Shown in pieces: positions 37,901 through 50,404 of a stretch of 64,000 bases of DNA. This stretch comes from Balanoglossus misakiensis (taxonomy: Eukaryota; Animalia; Hemichordata): positions 13,571,337 through 13,635,336 of the forward strand of contig CM082584.2 of the NCBI GenBank assembly GCA_040954595.2. Direction: 5' to 3'. Under the pieces are notes generated by a model. The model did no database searches, was not told the origin of the DNA, and was given only the letters and a program-made list of their open reading frames with translations. The translations under genes were made by a program, and so were the position numbers. Position 1 is the stretch's first letter; every line of letters starts with the position of its first letter.

Positions 37901-40900
37901 TCTGATATTACCATGAATTGTCTCATAAAATTTCAAAATGAATGGCTGAAACCATATCTGCATGACTAAAGGACCCAATCGTTATTTTTCAAAGGGACAG
38001 TCATTACTGTATCACCTGACTTGATTAATAATTAATTAAGACACAGGCTGGCAGAAGTTTAACAGTCATCAGGAATTAGAAGTAGTGATAAATTCCAGAT
38101 ACTTTGGTTCTCAAATCCTGTATTTTGTGTTTGTTCTACAGATTTCATTCCCATTGGTGGTTTTACAAGTGAGTCCCAACAGACTCTGTTCCATGATTTC
38201 CTGTTCAGAGCCAACAGGTACAAGACATTACAGATATTTGAAAACAGTGCCGGACTTTCAAAGAAGATAATACTGGTAGAGGCAAGTGTAAATTTCTCCT
38301 TTACTTTTCTCTTAACAGGAGATTTATGTCGCACTGGTATGCTAGCATTTCACATCATTAAAAGTAACTAGAATTCAATGCACATTTTCCATCGACAGGA
38401 CATGCCAAATGTTTTCTTCAGGGATCCGTATAGTTTTCACGACATCCTAAGACGATACTCTGTGACTGGGAGATGTCCGTTACTCTTTATTTTGAGTGAC
38501 AGCTTTGGAGGAGAGTCCACCCTTAGGGATCTGTTTCCCAAAGATGTACAGTTGTCAGTCGGAATAGACAACATCAGGTAATTCAACTCCAGAATGACCA
38601 TTCCTATAAAATAAGGAATGTCAAAGAAAAAGTTTCTTTTTCTTCATGTTAAATAAGAAAGTCTTAATATACTGCACAAGTGTGGTGATAGATATTTTCC
38701 TGATTTGACTGCAGAGTTGCATATTAATTTGTTATGAGTCACACTTTACTTCAGCACCAAAAGCCAAGATAAATATTTTCAAAGGATGCATACAAAGATT
38801 GAAGAGCAAAACCTTTTTTTGCCCAATAGGGTTTTTGGTGTTATTCTGAACTGAGAGATTTAGATACTACTTCTTCATACTTCCTCTGGAATTCAAAACC
38901 AGAATTTTGTTTTCTTCTGTATAGTTAAAGCTCCTTTCTAGATTAACCATACAATTTCCATGAATCTGACGTAGTTCTCTTGTAGAGTTGCTCCAAGTAA
39001 TGCTTATTTATGCATGTCCCTGTTGTATTGGCCGAGTCGTCGTAATGCAAATGCTAATTCTCTATGAATAATCTATACACAATATCTCATTATTTATGGA
39101 TAGTTATCCCGAAATTAAAATCTCTTGCCACAGGGTTAGAGATTGGATAAGTATGGCCTTTCAGATCATGTTACATATGTAGTACTTTTTTCATAGCTAG
39201 CAAAAAAAATTCTCTGTGTTCTGTTCTTTCTCTATGGAATACTAGTTTGAAGTCATTAGTCCTTATGATTCTTTAACATATGTGACTATAGTGCCAGTGG
39301 TAGGCCTTTTTTATATAGTGAACTTTAAATTTCTTTTATGGGGGTGGAGGTTTTCTACTGTAAGTGAGGGTTAAGATGAAATGATTAAATGTTCAGTTTA
39401 TTCCAAAATAAATTCATTTTATCCGGCATGGTGCAGTAGCTTGAACAAGAACATCCTGAAAATTTCACAGACATGGCAATTGAACATTGTGGATATTTAT
39501 GCCTGAATGTGCATTATCTGATAATGAAAGATTGATCACCGAGGCTAGCTTATCTCTACAACACCTGTGTTCATCATGCAGCATTGATACTGAGCATTGA
39601 TTGTCAATTCATCGTGGCACAACTGTCTTCATCAGATAAAAGAAATCAAATACAAGGAGCCGCATGTTGTTGTGTAACTAGATGCCTATTGATTAAAAGA
39701 TTGTCAGTTTTGTGAGAAGAGGGGGATTGGCTGTGATTTATTGTCAGCCTGTTCTTTGTGTGACACAAATACTGGATTTATTAATTTTCATTTTTGATAT
39801 AATCTACAAATTCTGCTAGATCATTAGTTACTGTACTTGTTACCACCTGGCAGGTCTTATAATATGTTATTTTATGCTAATTTCTTGATAACATTCTGTA
39901 ACTTGCAGCTTTAACCCTGTTGCTCCCACAAGCATGACGAAAGTGCTGACCAGAATAGCTCAGAATGAGGCCAGTCAGGTGAGTCAGTAACGCTACTTCC
40001 AATTGGTTCACATTGACTATTTACCATAGTAACCATCCTGTAAACCAATCACAGATATCCATTTTGAACTGCAGAGTCATCCACTTGACGTCATTAGAAT
40101 TTAAACTGAAAATTGAACACTTTTGGGTTACTGTGCTTTCCTTCAGCAAAAAAGGGGGAAAGAGGTGAGATTGTGATTGTTTGTTTCTGAAGCAGACATT
40201 ATTTTAAACATCAGAGTGGGTGGATAGTGCATGTACATGTTCGAACCAATCATTAGTGAAAAGTTTCTAGGTTCAGAAAGTCTGGCATTTCCGCAATCAG
40301 CTCAGGTGCCCCAGAGGCACATGTGTTAGATCTAAGGTACTCATTAATCGTGACAAGAGATAGAAACAGGAGGCAGTGTCTTTCTGGGCAACATGGACAC
40401 ACACACACAAAAAGATTTCCACCTAAAAAACAAGATGTCTGGCTATGTTTCTAAAATGTTCCTACACAAATATTTACATGAATTGAACAAACAATGACTT
40501 GACTGATGATTTCCATTTCTCAAACCAAGACATCTTCAGGAATAGTTTTTTTTTCAGATTATTGTAAAAAAAAAGCTGTATTGTCAGCAATAAAGATTTT
40601 ACCCACAAAACATGGAATCTAAGTTGCATCACAAAAACATAACCAGCTCTATCTGGGGATACTTTGGAGAATTTAGAATCCATCATGACACAGAACACGT
40701 GTACTGCCATTAAGATATGAAACATTTATGCGGCACAACTCTAAAGATACACAGACAGTCAAGAGACAGATACAGTTTTATTGCCACTGGATGTAAAGCC
40801 TGAATTTTACGATGTCCCCCCAAATGTCACTCAAGCTATAAATATTATACTAGTATTAATGTTCATCTGATAGCGTTATATGGCACAGTAATTATCGCAG

Positions 40901-43900
40901 AATTTGTTTTTTTCATGTCACCAACTTAATGATCTCTACAGGTCTAAATGGAAAGAGTGTTGTTATGGACTTTGATCTACCAAGAATAAATCTAGCATGT
41001 CTAGTCTGTCTCTCGTAAAAATGGTAAATCGCTCGACAAATGACATTGTCACAAAGTCACCCAGACATTATTGGGACTTTGTGGTTGAAACCACAAGAAA
41101 TAAAAAATACTAGTACCTAGCAGTGAAAGGCGCCTACAAGAAGTTACCTGTTGTTTTTTTATTTTTTTACAAAATTCTCATACTTGCCCTATAGCTTTTT
41201 AAATTCTTTTAGACCTAACCAGCTACCGGTAAAATAAATACAATAGAAATACAGAATGTCCACTATATAGACATGTACTAGTATGTTCAAATGATGTTGA
41301 TTGTAGGGTCATGCCAACTTCACCATGCCGTCCATAGATGAAGTAACAAGTGCGGCTTCAGGCGATATCCGAGGTGCTATCAATGCGTTGCAGTTCACAT
41401 GTTTACAGGGTGAGTCATGTATTGTTCGTGGTTTCAAAGGACAGTTTTGCTTTATACAGGGTTTTTGCAAACCAGGGAAAATCATGGAATTTTCCACCAG
41501 TCCTGAAAAGTCCTGAAAAACTGAAATTTGCATCTATAAATTTGTTTTGTAAGTACTTTGATTGTAACCCCATAAAACTAACAAACTGTTTCATGCATCT
41601 CCTTTCATTGTAGACCCAAGTGTTGCTGCCTATTTTAAAAGTTTAAAAAAGACGTCATTTACAAAAAAGGAAAGCTCTGGGAAACTCCAGCGACGGACGG
41701 CAAAAGGGAAGGAGAAAGGCAAATCAAAAGACGAAAGAAGAAGTGGTGAACTTGACAATGCACCTGCCATTGGGGGCAGGGATCATGCTATGTTCTTATT
41801 TAGAGCACTTGGAAAAATACTTCATTCTAAAAGTAAGTTGGTTTTGAGAAGGTTTTGTTGCTTGGGGTTTGAATGCTGGATCAGTATCAAATCAATTGTC
41901 TCTGTTGAGAGAATGTCCAACAATTACTCTGTATTGCTGTAATTGGTGAGGACAAAGTGATAAAGAGAGTTCAATTTTAGAACTCCAATTGTCAGTTTCT
42001 ATGTTCTCCTGTTCATGTTGTTAGGAGATCTCCGAGATGAAAACTGCCCAAGTTTGCCAGCCCATCTGTCGATGCATGAGCGAGATCCTATTAATTTCAA
42101 TCCAGAAGTAAGTCATCCATTGATATTCAACTTTAATTGCAGTGTTTAGTGGTCTGTCTTTTTAAAGCTACATTGGTTTTCACATGAGTGCTTGTTGACA
42201 TTGGATGGTTTTTTTTCCAAAGAATGTTCATGATTTTTGTTTATCGACAGGAAGTGATTGACAAGACCCACCTCAGCAGTGAATACTTCACTTCATATTT
42301 GCATCAGAATTATATTGATTTCTACACGGATGTGGATGACATTGTTAATGCCAGTGCTTACCTCAGCGATGCAGATTATCTCACATTAGATTGGACAGTA
42401 AGCTATCTTTGGGTTTCTCAATTTCATTGATTGCCAGTGTTTGATACTGAATATGCAAGGGCATCCAAAACCAATGGAGACAGTCTAACAAAGATTTGCA
42501 CTATATCAACAGAGTCGGTCGGCGCTCAGAGAATACAGCTCTAGTGTGGCAGCCAGAGGAATTATTCATTGCAACAGTGCAAGAAGTCAAAGTGGCAGTG
42601 TTGGTGGCCGAGGATGGAAACCATTACACAAACCGCAGTTGTTTGAAGTCAATAGAAAGGTATTAGTTACATGTATACTCTGTCATATTCTTTAAACAAA
42701 AATAATGCTCAGAAGGCATTTCTAGTTTTCAATTTTTTTGTCATGTACATTTTGTGTGTTTTTAGCTAAAACTGCTTCAAGCTTACTCAATATGTCCCTA
42801 TTTATTTATCTAGTCATTTGATCAATCACATATCTTCGCCCTATGGCAATAATCTTGTGGATTAAATCTTCATATCAGCTGTACCACATGACTTTGAGAA
42901 ATGACCGAATCAGGGTCAAAGTCTTTTTATCTTTTCCTGTGGGTGCTGTTGATGATTCTCAGAAGGTTAAGAGCAAGTCGTAAATAATGTTTTGGCTGTC
43001 ACTGTCAGCAATTCCTTAAAGCATGATCAATTAAACTTTGATTAAAGGAAATAGTCAGATATCCTCTTTATCTGTATGGTGAACTGTACTTATACTGGAA
43101 AGGATCATTAACAAATATTGTGTTGTGGGTTCATGCATTTGTTATAAGACTCTATCAAACATGTTTCAGTTGATAGAATGGGAACAAGCAGCATCTCTCT
43201 GTGGAATGAAGACATATGGTCTCTAAATTTCCAAAAATTGGCCATGTAACAGAACACGGATGAATTATCTAGATGACACATACTTGACTATTAACTGTTT
43301 TTGCGTACAGAGTGACTGACTTAAAAAATTGAGTTTTAACAGCATGTTTGACCAAAATATCACACAAATATTTCAGGGCTAGTGTAACTGTGTCTTTTTG
43401 ATTTCTGTCATTACAGTACCGAGAAGGTGTGCTGACAGCCAGGCATTTATTCAGTGGTCATTGCTGGACGCCAGAAGATCTACAAACACAGCTGATGCCA
43501 TATTTAGCTCTCATAAACATACCTTTAAGCAGCCCTGGTAAATATTCACAGTTCACTGTTGATTTTGAATCAGTGTTTATCTGGACAGCTACATTGGTCT
43601 TGTCTAGCACCAATGAATCATACAGAAAAAGATAAAAGTGTTTTATAGGCACGATAATAAGTAACTATACTGAAGTCACTAGTGATGGTAATTACTTAAA
43701 TTACAGCAAGTTGAGGATGTTTATTCCCACCTTGAGCATTGGCGTTTCTCAGGAGACTCATGGATATTGACAATAAAGATATTATCAGTCTTTGTCACAT
43801 CATTAAACTATCCCTAAGGCAAGCCGGCATGAATGCCACAGCTGGCCTGAATTTCAAAGGTCATGTGCAGAGATTAACAAAGGGTCATTACTGGAACTTG

Positions 43901-44954
43901 CATCCGGAAAGATTATTTCGAGGGTCAGTGGGTGAAATCACAGGTGATCCTTCCGGAACGACTGCACAACTCTAAGTCTGGCAGATGACAAAGACACTAT
44001 CCACTAATGGTGATGGATAGCTGTCTCGGGATTTTACAGTATTGACAAATCAAAACCCTCAGTCCTCCTTTAGTATAGTTTGATTTATCATGTTACATAG
44101 CGTTCTCTGTCTTTATCAGTCTGTAAACCTCATCCGTACTTTCATTCACATCTGTCTTGTCAGATTTATTTCTGTGACATGCCACTATTGAACTACATTG
44201 TACAGACTCAACACTTGTTTTACAACAGCTCATTCTGGTTTCTGTGACAGTTCGTCTCATCATGACACCCAACTTGCACATCACATATCTTTCTCACAAC
44301 TCCGCACTCAAAATGTCAAAACCACCTGTCTTTACTCGTCTTTCTTGTTGATTTGCAGGACAAATATCATTCCTTCAAGAAGTTTGCAAGTTTTCAAATT
44401 CAAGATATGCAGCAAGGTAAAGTTTATGTCATGATATTGAAATGAAATAGTTGATTACAAACTGGCCATTGGGGGGACAGTGTTCGAACTGGTCATAGAG
44501 GGCGGTGTTATATCAAAGTAACTTGGAAATGTAGCAACACATTGTTTGCTATGATGTATGATGTATATTGTAGCAGTTACACATTTGGTCTTCTTTGACT
44601 TGCTAACAGTGCTGGTGTATGGGTATATCACAATTCCTACTGTAAACATTCTACACAGGAGTTTACACCAACTAGTGCAAATCATCACACAATCTTATCA
44701 TCGCATTTGCCTTATAATGTCATCACATTTCATTTGTGAATTACAAAACCCCATCAACATATGCCGTTTTTGTTGACAGGACAGAGAGACTGGATGAAAA
44801 GGACGTTGATACTTTGAAAGATAATGAAGATGAATCTGTGTCTGCTGCCAACAGTAAAATCTTAGTTGAAGATGAGAGCAGTCAGACAGATTTGAATGTG
44901 GCTGCCTCTCAAAGCAGTGATGAAGAGATTATCATAGAGGACTTTGATGACTGA
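34960..44954 (+). CDS. RAD17: Cell cycle checkpoint protein RAD17 (9-1-1 clamp loader subunit), ~690 aa
   Basis: Exons: 34960-34962 (ATG only, inferred), 35481-35642, 35828-36055, 36198-36284, 36466-36616, 38142-38281, 38399-38577, 39909-39978, 41307-41409, 41614-41832, 42025-42107, 42251-42397, 42513-42659, 43417-43537, 44359-44416, 44780-44954; all phase-consistent. Motifs WISSSFDDF, LAVHKKKI, Walker A GPAGAGKT, RYKTL (KYxxL-type), IILVEDMPN, FNPVA, GDIRGAINALQF, LFRALGKIL, YLHQNY, acidic tail EEIIIEDFDD. Confidence 0.95.
38282..38398 (+). other. Non-canonical GC-AG intron in RAD17
   Basis: Donor GAG|GCAAGT and acceptor CAG|GAC are needed to restore the conserved IILVE-DMPN sequence in phase 0. 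Confidence 0.85.
41457..41531. mobile_element. Probable fragment of a CAGGG-terminated (hAT-like) non-autonomous element
   Basis: CAGGGTT...CAGGGAAAATCATGGAATTTT...GTCCTGAAAAGTCCTGAAAAA, with sub-terminal repeats typical of such MITEs; no second terminus seen. Confidence 0.4.
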
Positions 44955-46203
44955 AGATTACGGAGTCTCTTGTGAAAAAAGAGACTCTGATAGATTGAGA
45001 TGATAAATAGTTAAGAGGGCCAAGAGACTTTTTATACATTCCAAGTGGATGGGATAGATAGTGTTATGAAGTCAGAAAGAATTCAAGATGTCTAGAAAAT
45101 AAGTCTTTCATGCGTACAGGTTTCCATTGACAAACACTGGCTGGCTGAATAATCCTCGTTTCAGCAATAAAAGGGCCAATGTGATTGGTCAGCAGGATCT
45201 GACATTTCTGTTCTTTAAATGTAAGACCTTGTAGGATTGGTGGTTGAGTAAATAGGTTGGTCACAAAATTCAAAAACTGCAAGTATGTAGAGATAGATGC
45301 TATATCCAGCTGGAAAGCTAAATGATGTCAAATGTCTAATATTATACAGGTGACTAGTAATTTTTTTCAATGCAAATAAAGGCATGTGTAAGTTGTCTGG
45401 CAGAACGCTGGTTTTTGCCCTTTTTGTATATTATTTCACACAAGCTGAGTTGACCGTAGTGTTTTCCCTAAGTACATACCAAAAACATGTATAGTTTTAC
45501 TGATTCATGTAGCACTTGGAAAGCAATTGGGTCATTGAAGTTTTGTATTTTTGGACACCAGCCCTTCCACGATACAATTTTAGAACTTTTAGAGTTCAGC
45601 AGTTTTATAACATCATCGGCAAATGTAGGCCTTTGTTGCATTTATAATCAGGAAGTCTGCAAAGTCGAAAACGTTCGAAAAATAACTGAAGAATTTCAAC
45701 TACAGGGACCCATATACTGCTTGAATGTATGACTGACTGGCAGTCAAAGGGGCTTACATGCCATTGTAATAGACATTTTGCCTTCTGTTGTCTGGTGTAG
45801 ATCTTATGTTTTCTCAAGTACCCTGTTGTGATGCGCATAGACCCAGGCAGGATTCAATATGAATAAAAACTTTTTGTCTTATTTAATTAAAGATTCTGTT
45901 ACGAGTTTGTTGTATGTACGCATAGAACACTGGCTGCAATGATGGACATTGTTGTGGAGAGAAAAAGAAAGTTATATCATATTAGTCTGTAGGGGGCGGT
46001 ATCAACACAGTGCATGGGGAGTCTAGTTTTCAATACAGGCAAGTTAGGGGAGCTAATAAACATGGCCGTACCGAGGACAAATTCAAGGAAGTGATGCATC
46101 GAGGAAAGTATTTGGACGTTATTATATTAACCACAAGATCGATATTTATTCCGGGAAGAGGTAACTATTTCACCTCGGTTTTTCTTCGTTGGACAGTGGT
46201 ATA

Positions 46204-47343
46204 ATGGAGGTTCACATCTTTACGTGCGATCTGTGCCCAAAGACATTCCGCTCGAAACAGACCTTACTTCGACATGTTCGCATTCATAAATATGGAAAAC
46301 AGTTCCGCTGTTGTTACTGCGAAAAATCGTACACCAGGCGTTACTTGCTCACCGATCACAAGGTACGTTGTCATGGGGTGGAAAAGGCTCCTCAAGTTCC
46401 CATCTGGCTCCCCAAAACCAAGACCAAAGTTGACGTCATCAAGCGTAAATACTTCAGCAGACCCAGTGCGGCTTCACTAGTACTGTATGCCGAAGGTCGA
46501 ACGGGTCACACCGAAGGCGAACAGGTGAACGTTGAAAATGAGAATGAATGTGGCGAATATCAAGGGGAAACGTCGGGTCAAATGAGCCCAGATGATGGCT
46601 CCAGCTTGATTATTTCCAATGTCCAGTCTCTGAGTGAAACAGGGTTGCTTCAGTCAGGTAATCGGAGAAGTGTCCAGACCGTGGACAACGCCAGCTATGG
46701 CACCGAGGGCAACATTCAGAGCAGCGCTGACCATGAGAATGGAGCAACTGCTGATGCTTACATGGTACATGAATTTCATGAACAGAGCACAAGTGGGACC
46801 AGCGGCAACAGCATGCCACATCCGATTTCCGTGGAGATGATCAACGTCCCCGACGAACACTCTCGAGATGAAGGTCATGACCCTAAGGGTAGCAACAAAA
46901 GTGTCAGTTTGCGCCAAAACACAGAAGTTGGTGCAGATGCCATGTCCACCACTGACACAGAAGAGAGCAGTCGTTTGGAAAGGCTACTAACAGAAGGATT
47001 TTCCTCACCCAACCACAAAGGTGAAAGAGACTCCCCGAGCAAGTTCAGCTCAACCAGCTCGGTCAATGACCTGAAAACAAGTACGGCATCCGCCTCAAGA
47101 CAAGGCAAGATCTCAGCGGGAACATCCAGCGGCAAATCTGTCCACAATCAACAGTCCAGACAGGTTATCACTACCAGATGGGGCTGTGATCACTGTGGCA
47201 TATACTTCACAGATCAAGTGTTGTATTTCTTACATTCTGGTTTCCATGCCAGAAGCAACCCATTTCAGTGCAATAGCTGTGGACATATCAGTCAGAATAA
47301 ATATGAATTCAATACTCACATTTATAGCCAAAAGCATTATTGA
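46204..47343 (+). CDS. C2H2 zinc-finger protein, Ikaros/hunchback-like (2 N-terminal fingers plus a C-terminal dimerisation finger pair), ~379 aa, single coding exon
   Basis: Uninterrupted ORF. N-terminal fingers CDLC...HVRIH and CCYC...HKVRCH, Ser-rich linker, C-terminal CDHCGIYFTDQVLYFLHSGFH-ARSNPFQCNSCG...EFNTHIYSQKH typical of the Ikaros/hunchback family. A possible acceptor AG at 46195-46196 means an upstream exon cannot be excluded. Confidence 0.88.
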   Translation: MEVHIFTCDLCPKTFRSKQTLLRHVRIHKYGKQFRCCYCEKSYTRRYLLTDHKVRCHGVEKAPQVPIWLPKTKTKVDVIKRKYFSRPSAASLVLYAEGRTGHTEGEQVNVENENECGEYQGETSGQMSPDDGSSLIISNVQSLSETGLLQSGNRRSVQTVDNASYGTEGNIQSSADHENGATADAYMVHEFHEQSTSGTSGNSMPHPISVEMINVPDEHSRDEGHDPKGSNKSVSLRQNTEVGADAMSTTDTEESSRLERLLTEGFSSPNHKGERDSPSKFSSTSSVNDLKTSTASASRQGKISAGTSSGKSVHNQQSRQVITTRWGCDHCGIYFTDQVLYFLHSGFHARSNPFQCNSCGHISQNKYEFNTHIYSQKHY

Positions 47344-49290
47344 GCAGAGAAGAGCATCTGGCACGATACAACTTGGTATACCCGAGAACAGTGTACATTG
47401 TCATGTAATATCATTATATCAAAAAGTTTGGGAGTACAAGTATCTCACAAAACAGATGAGATAATGTTACTCAACCACTCCTCAAAAATTTTTCATGTCA
47501 AAGTCCTCCGTGAAATTCAGATAAAGTTCCAGAAAATTTCCAAAGTATGAGTGACTAGTAACTTTGAGTAACTTCTTGAAAATTTAAGTGTAAATTAATA
47601 TATACATGTAATTGTGATTAACTAAACTGTATAAATGCATGTTTCAGTATTTTCGGATGTTCAGCTTCTGTGAACTTCACACAAGTTTTCCTGAAAGTTA
47701 ATGAAAAATCTGTACTATTCGTGTTCCCTAGGCCATTTTGCAACTGCAGGTCATGCATGGGCCTTTCTATTGTATTGAATGTAATATCATGGAGCAGCCA
47801 TTTTCTCTAATTCTATAATCTAGGCAAAATGGCTGCTGTTTACCTGACACAGTGTATTTGCACAGAGCAACATTTGGTAGAATTGGGACAGGGAACTAGA
47901 CTGTCAGCCTAATGTAGATAACAGATGGGCAAACAGCTGGTGAAGCTTAAGGCACATAAAATATGCTCATTATAAATATGTGTGCTTCTATAGAATTTAG
48001 AAATACAGGTACAATGTATTAGCTGGTCACATGCCAAGTGCAACGAGCATTTTTGACCATTGACAATAGAGACAAACACAAAAGGTTGTCTGTTCATTAT
48101 GCTTTGTGTGAATGTGGCCATTTAAATAGGTACCAGTACTTATTTGCATGATATCCATCAGTTTCATTAACCCTGAGCAAAAGAGTTACATTTATCATTG
48201 CTGTGCATTTAACTTCACTCACATGTAACTAATGTCATTTAAAATATGTACTGTGGAAATCTTTATGAACATTCAACTTCTTAAAGAAAAAAAATGATAC
48301 AAATGAAGCTTTTATGACTTTGGTCAAGACCAAACTAAAAAAAAACTTTTTTTTTATTTATTAATTGTGGGTATATCCTCTCTGCAGATGATAAGGCGAG
48401 TGCTATTTTTCTCTATCCTATGCCATATCAACCCAGATATTGCATATTTCATTTCTATTTCATAGTATAGTACTGTTGTACGACATGTATTTATTGTTCA
48501 AATATGAACTAGTGCTTGCCAAGTGTGACTGTCAACAGTTGTATCATTTATTCATTATAAATGTGTGTCCTGTAAGGTTACATTTTCCTCATATTTACCT
48601 TCTCAGAGATTTAGTATTAATTAATAAAGATGTTTTCTTCTTCCTTTGAAGGATGTGTTTATTTTCATGCTTTATTTACCATAATTCATAACGAAATAAG
48701 TGAGATGTACAATCAGCTAGAAATAGAACCAGTCAAGACAGCAAAAGCTTGAATTTCAAGATGTTTCTTCATTGAAAAGTCTCCCTCCTGAAACTTCACA
48801 TGATACGAAAACATTTCTTTTAAATCCGAAAGTAAATTTGAAGCCGAAGTTACTTTCAGGGATAGCTTTTGTTTTTTGTCATCTGTCGCTTGGTGGCGCC
48901 CGCACCCATGTAGCTATCACACCTACTCACTATATTAAAATCACAAAGGTATTAGAGAAACTGCAATCAGCTCCAAGACAACGACGACGGTCTGAGGGAA
49001 TACGATCGTGAACTGTCCGTCCTGTCCATGTGTGAGTTTCCGGGCACCTCGTGAAATCCTTGCCCGTAAAATTTTCGAGACATCTCCTCATGGACAGACG
49101 ATACTAGTCTTGTCGCCGATCGTGACTCGGACAGCTGGTAAGTACAAAATGCGCGTGCTGGCCAAGCCTGCATGTCCCTTCTCGCGATCATGTTATGTCT
49201 ACCTGCAAAATGCTGCTCAATGTACAGAAAAAAACCCACAACGCAGACAATGTCAAGTCCTACAGGTGGGCGGTGCCCCATTGTTTACCA

Positions 49291-49304
49291 GTAACCATGG
49301 AAAC
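49291..49304. promoter_or_regulatory. Candidate RFX X-box in the CpG-rich promoter of the NACHT-TPR gene
   Basis: GTAACCATGGAAAC, next to a GC box (GGGCGG, ~49268), inside a CpG-rich patch about 1.1 kb upstream of the ATG. Confidence 0.55.
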
Positions 49305-50404
49305 CCGCGTTTACCCTCAAAATGACTGCACCTTGGATCCTGGCTATCCCAGATTTTGGTGACGCATTTATATGCCTTTTCTACGCGACGGGATCAATAC
49401 CATAAACCTTCAGTAAATGTGCTGGTAACAGGGAGACAATCAATACACCTTTGTTTTGACGCATTGTCCAGTGCTCTGTTTTCTGACGTAAACATACATG
49501 CAAAGTACATATTTCGCTGTGGCACCATATATCTAACTGAAGCAAGGATCTCGCACGAAAACCTGATTCAGTTTTACTTTCAGATTGATGAGTAATGAAC
49601 ACGCAAAAAGCATTTGCTCAAAATATTCAACGAAGTGATACCTGAGACTGGAAAAACGAAAGTGGTCTGGCGGCCATCCGGGGTTACATAACATGACGGC
49701 GCCCTCTTGAGAGGCAAAACTAATTAATATTATAATACTAATAGGTCATTTACACCATACACCTGTCTAAGAAAAGAACCTGATAAAGCATAATTATGAC
49801 ATAAACGAACGTTTATCACAGTTATTCAATGTAGCAAGATTGGTTATGAGTTAGGTATGATTAAAACAAATACTGATTACAAATTACACGATATAAACGA
49901 TAAAAGAATGTTCTTTCTATGTTTCTTTGTGTGAAAATTTTCAGACGGATGTGTTAGAAGGACTATGCAAGCATGGGTGTTGACTTGTAAATTCCACAAC
50001 ACATGACTCGAACTACATGCAAGTTATGACGTGTTTACTGTCGTTCTTCTTTTATAAATGGCCTTATATTATATTCAATAATTCAATACCGGCATAGAAA
50101 TCATTCAGACAATTTCTGTTGTGTACTACCTATTGTGTTTTCCCCTCTACATAATATTTAATCAAATTTAATTGTCCAGCAGCATGTGTACATGCAGGCA
50201 AGCGCTGACTAATTGCCGATAGAAACTGCTTCCTATATTCTGTTCTTCAGGACTGTTTGCTACCTAAGCCATTCTCTCTGTTTGCTATCTCCCCTACTTG
50301 CCAGGTGCATTCCCAAGTTTTTAGCTCCTTGAGAATAAACATTTCATTTGTGTTATCACAGTGCTTTTCTTGGATATAAGTGCCACCAGTGACTGTCATA
50401 CAGC

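Noticed and set aside
43805-43818. CTATCCCTAA as a telomerase RNA template within the structured island
   Set aside because: Mismatches the CTAACCCTAA template expected for TTAGGG repeats; no U-rich/A-rich pseudoknot seen. RNase P/MRP, 7SK and HDV-ribozyme signature motifs were also not found.
48850-48865. TACTTTCAGGGAT, similar to the U3 snoRNA 5' region
   Set aside because: Only 13 nt match; no boxes B, C or D follow.
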